Notes under the pieces: generated by a model | What the model saw: the letters and a program-made list of their open reading frames with translations, nothing else | Told to the model about the DNA's origin: nothing | Database searches by the model: none | Assembly: GCA_965235115.1 (NCBI GenBank) | Contig: OZ249436.1 | Location: 52,392,001-52,456,000 of the forward strand | DNA length: 64,000 nt | From: Laetmonice hystrix | Lineage: Eukaryota | Reading direction: 5' to 3' | Shown here: in pieces, positions 39,901 to 51,345 of the stretch | How the letters are laid out: each line of letters opens with the position of its first letter | Numbering within the stretch: position 1 is the stretch's first letter | Translations under genes and position numbers: made by a program

Positions 39901-42900
39901 AAAAGTGTAACTGAAAGAATTATCGCAAGAAGGATTGATGTAGATCTGAAAACAATGGGCATTCAGAATTGTGCAGGGAGGGTCTGGGGGCACAACCCCC
40001 CTAAAGTTTTGGTACAAAGTGGTCTGGAAATTCTGAGAGTTGGATTATCAGAGATGGAATCTTTGAGGTGAAATACACAGCAATGCATGTTGAACACAAC
40101 ACTGAGGGATGGGTAGTTTGACCTGAGCAGTGAAATGTAACACTTTTGTATGAATTGCCTATTATGCTGACAATATTATCTAATTCTTGGGACAATCATC
40201 AGTGCATGTTTATAGGTGCTTGATTTATTTTCAATGCTTTTTAGCTTGGCTTTAGGGAATCCAGGTTCTATGGCAAGTGAGCAAAACTACATGTTTTAAT
40301 GGGGAAAGTGGTGGAATCTTTGATGTCTAGTAATAACGGTCTCCGGTTTTCTACTGGAATAGACTGGTGTATATAACTAAGGAAGAAGTAGTAGAGCCCG
40401 CAGCACTGTTATAGTGCCCGGGGGGAGTAGTAAAATGGTGGGGTTAATGGCATTAAAGTGCAACTGACAACACAAAGGTAACTTTACTGTTCTAGATAGA
40501 TCACTTTGAGTTGTAGCCGTATCCCTGATAGGTTTTCTGAGAAGTCCTCTCAATTTAGAAAAATATTGAAAATTCGAATCTCGCGCCTCATCACAGTCTC
40601 ACTCCTGCCTATTCTTTACCATTGCCCCTGATGACGTCACTAGGGGAATTGGTCTTTAAAACGGCTTACACACAGTTCATATTCTTGTACAATAACCGCT
40701 CCTTTAAGTTAAACAACAACAAATTACATGTATCATCAGGATCTGGCACTAAATTTCATGTAAATTTTGATGTCTGTTGGACTTTAAGGCATATTTCCTG
40801 TCACGGTGCCTTCTAAGGGTAGGCTTTATTTTGTGCCAGTTATTGTATAAAAGGGCTCTAACTGGGCAAACTTTCCACACTGTTGATTGCTGATACCTAT
40901 TGAGTAGGCCTACTTTGTACAGTGTTAGTGAATCTGTAATTCTATTTCAGTGCTCTTCAGAGCGGCAGCACTGCACTGTTTGTATTGTTATTAAGTAGGT
41001 TGTTTGAGGTCAAAGAGCCTGTCATAATAAAAATATCTTAGGAGATAAGAGATGGTCCCAGAGACCAGTTTTCTGGTGGGGCCAGAGTCTAAATCCCCTG
41101 CTCCAGGTTGAAAAGTAAGTTTCAACTCAAGTGTAGCTGAAAAAACTGTGGTTATTGTTTATCTGATTATACTTGGGGCCAGATGAACTTTAAACTATGT
41201 CCGAAGGTTGTTGGATCCAGATTGTTGGAAACCCCCAGCAGTTACATTTGACAAAACTAGTACATCTTTGTCAACAGTCAAACAACAATGGGATCCTCTG
41301 TTCAAAGCATTTTTAGTAGGCCTCCCTATGTGTATGTGCTCTCTCTCTGCCTATCATACTTTTTATCATTCTTTTCACAATTGTTCATTTCTAGAGTGTG
41401 AATTTACAGGACATTGTTCATCTGTTTCTTTGGGCCTGGTACACTTATTACATTTATTGAATTTGTTACAGAAAAGAAACAGGAGTATAAAAAAGCATTC
41501 TGAAATCAGTTTTATGATTTTTCCTGCTGTTGTATTGGATTCTGAGTATCCTTGATCTGTCTTCCCTTAACATCCATTTGTTGTGTGAGCTATGATTCTG
41601 TGTTACCTTGTGCACAAACCATGCGGTTGTGTTCCAGGATCGCATGTCAGTGAGGAGGAAATTCTCATGGCCGAGGAGAAGTTTGAAGAGTCGAAACAAC
41701 TGACTGAAACAGCCATGTACAACCTGCTGGAGAATGACGTAAGATGCAATGCTCATACCTCTAAACTCCAACAATATGGTACCTGCATGTACTACCATCA
41801 TTTCCCGAGTATAAGCTGCAGCCATGTATAAGCTGCAGGCCATTTTTTGGACCAAACCTCACAGAAGAAAATAAATTGGTATTTCCAACGACAATCGCAG
41901 CAAGGTTTGGCCCCAACACTCAACCCTATGAAACGTGCTGAAACATGTATCGGTTAGGTGCTGCGCCAGCTTGGCCATAGTGTGAAAAGTAGCTGTTCAG
42001 ACGCCTATGTCGCCCCCTATCGTTAATCAGGCTGTTGTTTTCCGCAAGCATTGAAAACAATACGGCTGTTGGTATAAAGCAGGCCAAGTCCCATCGGAAA
42101 TTCACATAGGGATAATATTCTTAACTGGCTTATAGGCTGACTTGGTCTCCAGATGCATGTGGCCATGTATACGCTGCACCCTGATCTCTGATTGATTTGA
42201 GGAAGATAAAAGTGGGCTTGCTCGGAAAACGATGGTATATGCCATCTAGATTATTGTAAATCTTCATGGCACAGACGTCTAACCCAGTACTTAGGAAGTT
42301 TGTAAATGCCATCCAGATTATTTGATGATGTGATTGTAAATCTTCACGGCACAGACGTAGGAAGTTTGTATATGCCATCCAGATTATTTGATGACGTGAT
42401 TGTAAATCTTCACATCACAGACGTCTAACCCAGTACTTAGGAAGTTTGTATATGCCATCCAGATTATTTGATGACGTGATTGTAAATCTTCACGGCACAG
42501 ACGTCTAACCCAGTACTTAGGAAGTTTGTATATGCCATCCAGATTATTTGATGACGTGATTGTAAATCTTCACATCACAGACGTCTAACCCAGTACTTAG
42601 GAAGTTTGTATATGCCATCCGGATTATTTGATGACGTGATTGTAAATCTTCACGGCACAGACGTCTAACCCAGTACTTAGGAAGTTTGTATATGCCATCC
42701 AGATTATTTGATGACGTGATTGTAAATCTTCACGGCACAGACGTCTAACCCAGTACTTAGGAAGTTTGTATATGCCATCCAGATTATTTGATGACGTGAT
42801 TTTAAATCTTCACGGCACAGACGTCTACCCCAGTACTTAGGAAGTTTGTATATGCCATCCAGATTATTTGATGACGTGATTTTAAATCTTCACGGCACAG

Positions 42901-45337
42901 AGGTCTAAACCAGTACTTAATTTAACCACATTAAACTTGTAGGTAGAGCAGATTTCCCAGTTGGCATCATTCATCGAGGCCCAGCACGACTACCACCGGC
43001 AGGCAGCTGACATCATGGCCTCCCTGGCTGAGGTCCTTCAGCAGAGGTAGGGTCAAACTTTATCACATTTAAAATGAAATAATATTGAAATAAGATAACA
43101 ATTAATTCCAAAGAAAATGTGTTTCGGTCTATTAAGCATGGTTCCCATGAGTCAGGGACACCGGGAACCCCCCCCCCCCCCCCCCAATAAAAGACAAGCA
43201 CTCCACATCCAATTTTTCTTTGTGGCCTTGCTTTCAGTCCATCTTAATTTTTGCTCTCAACAGAATTAGAGGAAATACCGGCTGCACCATCAGGTGTAGG
43301 TGGCAAGAGGTAAATACATTTTGGTCAGTGATTATCCCAGCTTTGTCTTTTGGTTAAATAGCAAAAATTTCTTTCTCCCACCAGAGTAAGTGAGGCAGCT
43401 AGCAAGCCGAAGAAGGAGCGTGTGACGACCCGCCGAGCAAACTCTTCCTCCAATTTCGACAAGTCTCCAGCCTTTGAAAACAACTTTGACCTTGCTGATT
43501 CTACTGGCTACAGCCTGTCACCCGCCCCAGCCAGCTTTACATCTCAGCAAGGTCAGTGCTTACATTGTGTTATTTCAAATTGGATCCTGGGCACTTCACG
43601 GAAAAAAATAGGGCCTAGTTTTTCGGGTTTCATCATTACCATCCTCATCATCACCCCGCGAACAGTGTCGTCCCAGCCTGAATATGTTATAAACATCATC
43701 TTGCCGTGAATATGGTTGAAATACTGACCTGCCACCAGTTCATTCACTCCATGCAAGATAGAGTCCTTCTAGCTACCGTTAATAAACAATATCACTCCCT
43801 TACCTCTCCTCAACACTGCTTTCTACTGCTTTAAATACCACGACTCTCAGTCGTCATCACCGTTTTGGTGGATGGGGACAAAGGTACAGTTGGTGAGCCA
43901 GGAGATGTGTTACGAGGTCACTTTGCAAATATTGTTTATGTTTATATCTTGTTTACAGACGGTGAGTGCCTCTCATTAATAGCAGTTAACTTAAGTCAAA
44001 CCTCATGGTTCTGGAAAACACAATTTTTACCAGTTAGGAAGAACATTTTCTGAATGAGTCTGTGACCTAATTTCCAGGTTTACAGTATTGAGGTATGGTA
44101 CTGCATGGAATTTTGTATTCTAGTCAGTTTGTGAACGGTAGAGGACAACTACTGGCAGTTTTCTGCATGGTATGTCCCCAAAGATATCCTGAAATATTCA
44201 GAGCACTTTGAAAGGATAGCAGCTCTGTCATTCCCCTCCCTCTCCCAAACCTTTTGATATATAAACCTTTAAAATTGAAAGGGGCAGTCTCGTCCTTCAG
44301 CATCGTGCAGTAAGGGTGTCGACGTGTCGGTCACTGCTATTTATAGTTCCTATGTTACAACATAGGATGGTCATAGTTATCAAATACGAAACTAGAGTGG
44401 CTGCGAGCATGGTCAGCCCTGGAGCCCTGGAGGTGACTTAAGCAGGCAAGTGGAAATGTAGCGACCCCCCCGACTCCCTACCCCAAGCATGTGGGAATTG
44501 TTAATTGACCGAGGACAAACCTATGGACAAACCAAATAGGCCTACCTTGGATTGCTTTGACAGAGATTGTAGTCGATGAGGGTCGCTCATATGTGACTCA
44601 TTTGCACCATTTAAATGCATTTCCCTGGAACTTCACCATGTTCATAAGAGGCTACGGTACGTCAGGGTTTTGTGTGGCGTTCTTTCCCATTCACAGATCA
44701 TTGTCTTTCATCTATAACCCTGTAAGTGGCTGCAGAGCTCTCTTGGTGCCCATGTCTATGGAAGTCCTGGTAGTTCCCTCCGGGATTTTGTAATGACGGC
44801 TTCTATTTGTCAATGGGGAACCTATACACAGATTACCGACAGATGGCGTACTGCCGGTTAGCCCATTGTCGGCTAATGTCAGTGACGCTAGCAAACACAC
44901 CTGAGTAAAATGGTTGCTTTACCACAGTCAGGCTTGTGGCGCCAGCTGTCAGTATAGGTTTCCTATCATTCGTATCATTATAGGCAGTGTTCAGTCACAA
45001 TCGTGGATTTAATCACCTAAGAAGGACATTCAGCTTTGAATACAATTGATTCCCGTAGTTGTGTTAATAACTCAGATGTTCTAGGAGTTTTAGCTGTTCC
45101 TGCTGTAAATGGTATTATTTATGTGCTTCAGGTGGCCAGTCAAACAGCCGACCCTGCGCAGAAGCGCTCTATGATTTCGAACCAGAAAATGAAGGCGAAC
45201 TCGGCTTCAAGGAGGGCGATATCATTAACTTAGTGCACCGCATTGATGAAAACTGGTTCGAAGGTAGCTACAATGGCAAGACAGGCTTTTTCCCAATCAA
45301 CTACGTCAAAGTTATCGTAGACCTGCCCCATGAGTAA
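9966..45337 (+). CDS. SH3GL1: Endophilin-A (SH3GL1/2/3 orthologue; N-BAR + SH3), 369 aa core isoform
   Basis: GT-AG exons 9966-10010, 23676-23744, 24298-24370, 30581-30724, 31194-31327, 31649-31715, 41638-41738, 42943-43046, 43385-43551, 45132-45337 (1110 nt, all phases match). [33 protein letters not shown] (H0), [33 protein letters not shown]3 [19 protein letters not shown]...WFEG...GFFPINYV. Confidence 0.96.
10552..11821. mobile_element. Non-autonomous DNA transposon, Kolobok-like (TTAA TSD)
   Basis: TTAA|aggagacatctaagagtttt ... aaaactcttaaatgtctcct|TTAA: 20-bp TIR with one mismatch, AG..CT ends. Confidence 0.8.
12870..13545. mobile_element. MITE containing a nested TIR element (13182-13520)
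   Basis: Outer TIR ccgggagtgcgtttcaatat / atattgaaacgcaccccgg with repeated aaagatatctttg; inner TIR cagggtttccgccaga / tctggcagaaaccctg flanked by gctat on both sides. Confidence 0.7.
13775..14979. mobile_element. PIF/Harbinger-like non-autonomous element
   Basis: Imperfect long TIRs (cccctatacaca..ttgagcgat..ggcc.atctctcaa versus the reverse complement of 14910-14979), TAA/TTA flanks, many gatctctcaa(tga) motifs in both orientations. Confidence 0.7.
15347..15697. repeat. Dispersed repeat, copy 2 (uninterrupted paralogue of 6850-7740)
   Basis: Direct similarity to 6850-7217 joined to 7727-7740. Confidence 0.85.
16030..16290 (+). mobile_element. Helentron-associated/DINE-like non-autonomous element fragment
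   Basis: ttttagcccc start, ccgtctgtccgtctgt microsatellite, aaacttcacac and caaaatggc..ggcag.catcttg core; related copy at ~24486-24700. Confidence 0.55.
17307..18495. mobile_element. MITE with perfect 17-bp TIR and 3-bp TSD (middle of nest)
   Basis: agt|tggccgtatgcaagaac ... gttcttgcatacggcca|agt; many subterminal gggttaaccc motifs. Confidence 0.8.
17517..18046. mobile_element. Kolobok-like element (innermost of nest)
   Basis: TTAA|aggggcatgctatgagacacgtt ... aacgtttcctcataatatgcccct|TTAA; related end fragment at ~34016. Confidence 0.75.
20031..20690 (+). CDS. Intronless 219-aa ORF nested in endophilin intron 1; ZCCHC3/Tx1-L1 ORF1p-like tandem RRM-like protein without zinc knuckle
   Basis: caaaATG context with in-frame upstream stop (19998-20000). 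Pattern [58 protein letters not shown] matches, by eye, the ORF1p/ZCCHC3 RRM-like region. AATAAA at 22619. Confidence 0.65.
   Translation: MSTMDGGRLEHLMRQYQECTCHLKPIKNVSFGDREMLLCFVQHFSGDEILSIAQLLGERKGVIRVTYRSRQSVKKLEELLVRRKLMIQNTALGTCDMDGQFIIVLLENVPSCVPEAEVEEQLGKYGLVSGSSREFYDFKGHRIENEKRKVLFTLLFNHISIPARIRMGEAVVFIKILGAGTLNMDSSSPAEKEGHPRLSSSREELDGGLGKGRHSLKTL
24486..24700 (+). mobile_element. Helentron-associated/DINE-like element fragment
   Basis: ttttagcccc...aaacttcacac...caaaatggcggccaggcagccatcttg, similar to 16030-16290. Confidence 0.5.
28983..29067. repeat. 35-bp inverted repeat (hairpin), probably TE-derived
   Basis: tatggaacgagatgcctggcacatgaatacggcac / gtgccgtattcacgcgccaggcatctcgttccata, two mismatches, 15-nt loop. 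Confidence 0.85.
32255..32260 (+). CDS. Candidate 6-nt microexon of endophilin-A
   Basis: ctttttactactttcattgtag|GCACAG|gtatgt; phase 1/1, adds 2 aa. Confidence 0.6.
36048..36068 (+). CDS. Candidate 21-nt (or 27-nt via GC donor) microexon of endophilin-A
   Basis: tgcatg...tgctaccattttcag|GGTCGGGGGCTCCAGGCCATG|gtacac, or extended to 36074|gcaagt; both frame-preserving, GSGAPGH(GT). Confidence 0.45.
38398..38400 (+). CDS. Candidate 3-nt microexon of endophilin-A
   Basis: Long pyrimidine tract tgctttctttctgtctc...ggacag|GAG|gtaagt (consensus donor); adds one Gly. Confidence 0.6.
42236..42919. repeat. 80-bp tandem repeat (minisatellite), about 8 units with degenerate 5' units
   Basis: acgtctaacc-type unit start recurs at 42421, 42501, 42581, 42661, 42741, 42821, 42901. 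Confidence 0.97.
43851..43892 (+). CDS. Candidate 33/42-nt cassette exon in the endophilin BAR-SH3 linker
   Basis: ctgctttctactgcttt...ctctcag| then donors aag|gtacag (43883) or ttg|gtgagc (43892); both frame-preserving, [11 protein letters not shown](GTV). Confidence 0.35.
43959..43961 (+). CDS. Candidate 3-nt microexon in the endophilin linker
   Basis: tgtttatgtttatatcttgtttacag|ACG|gtgagt; phase 1/1, adds Asp. Confidence 0.6.
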
Positions 45338-48300
45338 AGCCGGCTGCAGCTGCATGTCATGTCCCAACGCCATCTGCTGGAAGGAACTAACATAACCGCA
45401 GTGTGTGCACTTGCCACCAGAGAAAGGGACCTGGTCTGGTAAATTGTTGATGTGTTTAATGTTCCATTTAACATGTATAGCAATACTCTAAATGTGAGGC
45501 TGGCCACCACATGAGGTTGTGATGTCCTTATGCAAGACAAGCCTGACTTAATATTGTAGGTAGATGCGGTTGGAAGCCGATCCTACCTGATAGATAGAGA
45601 AGTTCAGGACCGTTTTCTTCATCTGCGTACTTTGAGTTGTTCTTTTAGTGGCAAAGAGAAACGTCATGTGGTGTACGAATGTGATGAACTGTAGTGCACA
45701 CGTAGTAATTTGTCTGTGAACTAGTTTAGCAGTGAAAAATAATGACTAGAAATTGTAACTGTTAACTTGGTTATTGACCTAGCGTCGGTATGACGTTGAG
45801 TAGCATGCAGTGAGGTTGGGGTGATCGTTACGATCAGGCCTCAAGTGGCCACAGACGGTCCAGGAGTCGGCCGATGGACGTAGTCAGGGTAGAGAGATAG
45901 GGCCGAGAGCCTCGTAGCTAGTGCTAACACTGTTGCAGCAGTGACCAATGCCAGCATTGTCAGTACCACCAGTGCTGTTAGTTTCGGCAGGACGAACAAT
46001 GTATTCCTCTGCGTAACTATTTAACTCAGAAGACATTCCTCTCCGTTACGATCGTAACAAATGGTTAGTGCTGGCATTGACACTGTGGGAGAAGTCGGTT
46101 GATCATTGTGCTCCAGGAAAACGGAGCGTCATATACCATTCTGAAAAATCTGCTTCCAGTCCCAATTTCAGGAAGCAAAGTACACCACCTTCTAACCCAG
46201 GCTGCCGCCAGGAGTGCTGCAAACAGTTAGAAAACTATGTGTATGTGTGTTGTGTGCGTGTGTGAGTGGTTGAGTGTGTATTATATATGATTATATCTTG
46301 ATCTCTCTGTTAACTTATCGCCGACTCTCGTAATTATAATCACTGTAGATACCCTTAATCTCTCCACTGCTAAAGAGCTAAATCACAGATTATATGTGTG
46401 TATATAGGGGAAGGTTTGTGTAGAGTATGCGCAAACAGGACAGAGAAAGAAATGTGGTGCCTACAAGGGTTTGCTGGTCAGTTAGTAGTTATCTAAATAG
46501 GCTGAAAATGATAGGAATATCTCAGTTCTGGGCGCAGGCGGTGCAGCTAAAGTCCATGATCAATGATGCTGTATTTTTAGGGCAGGGATCTACAATATCG
46601 TTAGAAGAAAATTGGTTTCGAGTACGGGGTATAAAACAAGTTTCTTCCAAAATGGCCTCAGTGATCACAGGCTTGACATAATTATTGTTGCCCGGGAGAA
46701 TATAAGATGAAAATGTTGGAAGTCTCAATTCTGATCTAATCCTTATTTTTGGTAGGATTATGTAAAAGACATGTAAAAGATATTTTAAAATATTTTCCTT
46801 GTGATGTATTTCGCAAGGATCAAAATTCCCCGAAATTTTAATAATTTCTTTCTGAATCAGAAAGCTAATATTGTTTCTGTTCACCCTATGATTTACATTG
46901 TGTGTCTAACATAGCAGTGTTATGGATCTTGGGCCTTAGTTGCATATAAAATACTACCAGTAGAGCCACCTAGTGAGGGTGTCCAGGAAGCCAGGAGTTT
47001 AAACTGTGCTTTACCTGCTTTACAGAGTTAAAATGGGGTCTCGGAAACCAATCCAATGGCTACGTGATTTACCGATTAGAAAGCACTCCGAGTCATGGCT
47101 ATCTTACTCGACACTTACATACTGTTTTGAGGTAGTAGTCACCTTTGCACAACCAAGGACTGCAACTATAGCTTGTTCATCTGAAACATTATCAAAAGCA
47201 ATCTAGTATGACGTTAGAATAATATTATTATGAGTAGCGCGTTAGGTGTTGCATAGAGTTCTCTTTCACCTAGAGGGCGGTACGTGTGGCCCGACTTGAA
47301 TAACAATGAATGCAGGTCGGTTTTCCAGTTGTAACCATACCACGTGTGAAGGGAAAGAGCCAGGACTTACACGGGAGTACTACATTTCTCACGCATGTTA
47401 CAGAGATCTTTTCCAGAAGGTGTCACAATTATATGTTTCCATGGCAATAAAGCTTGTGCATCAGTGAGCTGTATGTTGAGCCGGTGAGTAGTTTCGTTTG
47501 GGTCCGAGGCTCACTTTATAATATTGACCAAAGTCCATTGTTGCTGATATATGGTGCGCAAGGTGCTCATCTCTTACATTTTCGATTTTTTCTCCTGTGA
47601 CAGGGTGAATATTAAGACTAAAGATGTTGACAAGGGGGTGTATAAAAAAAAGGTATATTATGTTACTTATAAATGTGTGTCTTTGCATTCCAGGCACATT
47701 TCAATAATTATTATATACATGTACATGTGCTACGCTATGTTATATCTATTAACTAAAACAAGAAGCATTCCACGAGCTTGTACAAATTTATTTAATACTT
47801 GCATTGCCTCTCTGCACTCATCATTTTGCCTAACGCGCTTCGTTCCCGCCTCGTTCATATGCTAGCCTACTCAGAGGGAGTTGACTGCATGTTTGACTGC
47901 TAGGCCAGAAGTAGTCAGGATAATTTAACCTGTCAATCAACTATCTGACTGTTGCTCAATATCGGTGCAGTGAAGGGATGCAAACAAAAGGAAATGTTAC
48001 TCGTATCTGTAGTTTTTGTTTTATACGACTCGTGTCAAATCAATGTATAAATGCCCTCAAATGGTGCAAGTTAGTCGTACTTTACCGGTTGTACTTTTGC
48101 CCATTTGTTTCATTCATCACTCTGTAAGCTGAGTTGTAGGCATCTAGATTTGAAAGAATCGGCATGGAAATTAAAATCAGACGTTGTGCGTAAGGTGCAG
48201 CTTGTTAGTCTGCATTGTTTGTTTCAAGGACTTTTAAATCTAGCCTTCAACAAACCTCAAAATTATATACTAACTCAACCCACCAGGTTTAGTAACCTAA

Positions 48301-50589
48301 CTCGCAATATGGTGGCACACGTATTTTGCAAGAAATAGAAAAAAATCTTGCCTCTTCTAATTCACCCTGAATAAGTAATGTTTACAATGAAAACATACAC
48401 CTGTAATGGGCTGAAACGTTAGCTTTGTTCTTAGGCTTTGTTGGCAAAAATACACTGCAACCCCTCAAGTAAAATGGATGAAATGTTACTGTAGTTTACT
48501 GCTCGGTTTTTGGATGAAAGATTGCTAGATCAGAGGACGGATTGACGGTGGACAAGTTTGAACTGTGATTATTACTGGTCGGTTCTGACGGCTCAGAGTC
48601 TGTCATAATTATATTCTAGTACCTGGGTAGTATTATTTTCAATTGGCCACTGCAGTCAAAGCATGCTCCCACCTAGCTAGGCGGCATATCTGAACAAAGG
48701 GATATCACGTCGGTGTCTTTGTGCTGTACCATCTCATGATTTCTTGTATTGTGTGCAATATAATTCTAGAATGCCAATTAAATTGGGATGTGTATGGGTA
48801 TAGTGATGGCGAACTGTATATGACGGAAAAGGCATCGTTTAGCAGCATTGTTTTGATGCCTGTTGTACATAGAGGTCTACTCTACATGAAAAGGCTGGTG
48901 GGGGTATGGGAGAGGTTGTCCTAGGTGTGGGCATGAATTGTTGCTGATTGGATGATTTTACCACTCGCGCTCGGCATGTGTTGCTAGGCAACTGTAATAA
49001 AGATGGATACGTTGATTATGTGTCTGACGTGGTCCTATGTATAATAGGACAGTAGTCTATGTGTCAGGTTAACATTAGCAGAATGGCGTAGGTTGTCGCG
49101 TAGGTTTTTCGTCGTTTGACATTTGTGTGTAGCTTGGACGATGTGAAGATATAAAACAACTGGGACCAAGTTATTACATCGTAATCTCCGAACTAAACGT
49201 CAGCACGAGTGTGCATGGTTATCTGCTTTAGTAAGGGTAAACTTAGGTAGCTGGGTTTTAGGACCTCTTCCACTGCCCACACCAGCCTGCATACCAACTT
49301 GGGATAACTCTCTCTCTAGGTGAAGATGGTGTTCTCGATGGCTTTACAAACACCTACCGAATGAAGCTGTTAGTGACACGTGGTAAAGCCTTCTTTCTTG
49401 TATGTGGTGTTTTTGTGCCATGTATTTGGTATGGCCAAGCATAATCCTATCAACACTGTAAAACCTATACAAGTATATGATATTGAAGAGTAATTCAAAA
49501 AGTAGAAGTAGTTGAAGTAGAGAAGTAGTAAGTGATCATGTATAAGTAACTTTCCGTGGTCGGAGTGTTCTTGAGTTGCGTAAAGTGTGTAGAACGTCCA
49601 CTGTGGTCCTCCAGTTGCCTTCTGTTAGGTCTGAGAAATGTTTTGTGGATACTATAGGGAGGGGGGGGGACGTTGATGGATTGTATTCACGTGTAATGTG
49701 TACTTGTTCTTTATTGGTAGTGCATATAAGCAATGTGTAAAATCACGCCCAAATAATATGGTTGCCAGTCAACCTTTCTCTTGTGACCTGTTCCTTTGTT
49801 GACATTTTATGTAGGTCATAGCAATAGTATAGTGGGCAGCTGGTTATATAGGTCCATATTAGCCTCCCAGTAGTTATACCATGGGGCATGTTGATATTAA
49901 ACAATATTAACTGTAATCTTAATTGAACCTAAAGTTTAATTATGGTGAATTAATGTGAATATCAAGGCTGATGTTAAAAAGAAACCCGCGCACCTTACGT
50001 CTGTGGCTGTGGAGAGGTGAGGGAAACGGTTTCGTCGTGGTCAGACAAAGAATGTGCATGTTGATCACAGCCAATACACAGTACGTGTTGCCAAACCCAA
50101 TATAATTCTGCTCTACCAATTTTCACAGTTAGACGGAAAAGTTAGTGTGAAGCACAGCTGATCATGCCTGCCATAATTACTATTACCGGTACGTGTATAT
50201 ATATGTGGCCAAAAGAAACCAGAAACAGAACCTCGAACCAAAGTAGTAAAAATCAGAGTTGGTAGAAAATAAGTTTTAAAATCAGTTAATCATGTTCATG
50301 ATGAAAGGAATTAGAAAGGAAAACAAAATGTTGACACAAAAAAGGCATAATTGAAAATAGCTTGAATAGGAAGGATGCTTTATGTAATTACTGTTACACA
50401 AATGAAACTCGAAAATAAAGAATACTGAATGTTTGAAATTTGAAAACCAATACGAGAAAGGAATTATGTCGTGTTTTCATGCAACTCCTTTCAATGCCTA
50501 TGGTCACCTGCCCAGGCAAGCAATAAAGTGTGAAGTCTGTCATGAGGAGAGATCGAGTGGACAGGTCACTTCATTTAGTCTGTTAATGC

Positions 50590-50900
50590 AGTGCTGGGCC
50601 TTAAGACCCCCCCCCCCCCCCCCATCCCAAGCCTGCTTTCCAAGCACCGTATGGCTGAAGTGTCAGGCCATTGGTAGAGGATGCGTCAGACGTTCTGGGC
50701 CTCTTGGGACCAGTTGTAATCCTCAGCTCCATCCCTGGATGTGAGAGGCGATGAATGGGGCGAGGGATTGTGTTTTGTCGTGCGTCAGGTTACGGCTTAG
50801 TAACTGACAAAGCTTCTCACGTCTGGCTCGATTGGGATTCAAACCCAAGGGGTGAGAGGCCCTGTGGTCACGAGCCCAGAGGCTTAGATCACTGAGCCCC
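50590..50900 (-). mobile_element. tRNA-derived SINE, degenerate
   Basis: Minus-strand head with A-box-like ggctcagtgatc and B-box-like ggtttgaatccc; body agaggcgatgaatggg..gaggg shared with ~37960-37995. Confidence 0.55.
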
Positions 50901-51345
50901 TGGGTCGCGGAGTGCAGTAGGCCTATACAGACTGTAGCAAGGTTTCTATGATGGTCTGTGATCTAGTCATACCGTTGTTGACACCGACATGCATTAGATG
51001 AAATACAATAATTAGGGGGGACATAATACATCAGTTTTGTTGAAATATGACAATATAAAAACAAAGTATTCATAACTATTTGTAGTGCTAGCATTATGAC
51101 AATGAAAACTAAAAATTCTTAATGAACACTATATCAGTTTTGTTGAAGTAGTATCAAAATTTATTTCATGTGTACACATCCCTTGTATGGCTTCACAACA
51201 AATTCAAAACAATCACACTACATGTACAGAATTTTCACCCTACCTGAGTCCACTCATACCGTAATATTAAAGTCAAGCTTGATACGTCATTCTGGCATCA
51301 TAATTTTAAACACTTATATCCAGTAAAACATTTCTTGTGTCTTCC

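Noticed and set aside
42236..42919. Regular repeat array as possible CRISPR
   Set aside because: Head-to-tail units without unique spacers, eukaryotic intron, no cas genes.
50820..50900. A/B-box sequence as a tRNA gene next to TSEN54
   Set aside because: No cloverleaf or acceptor stem; continues into a body shared with ~37960, so it is a SINE head.
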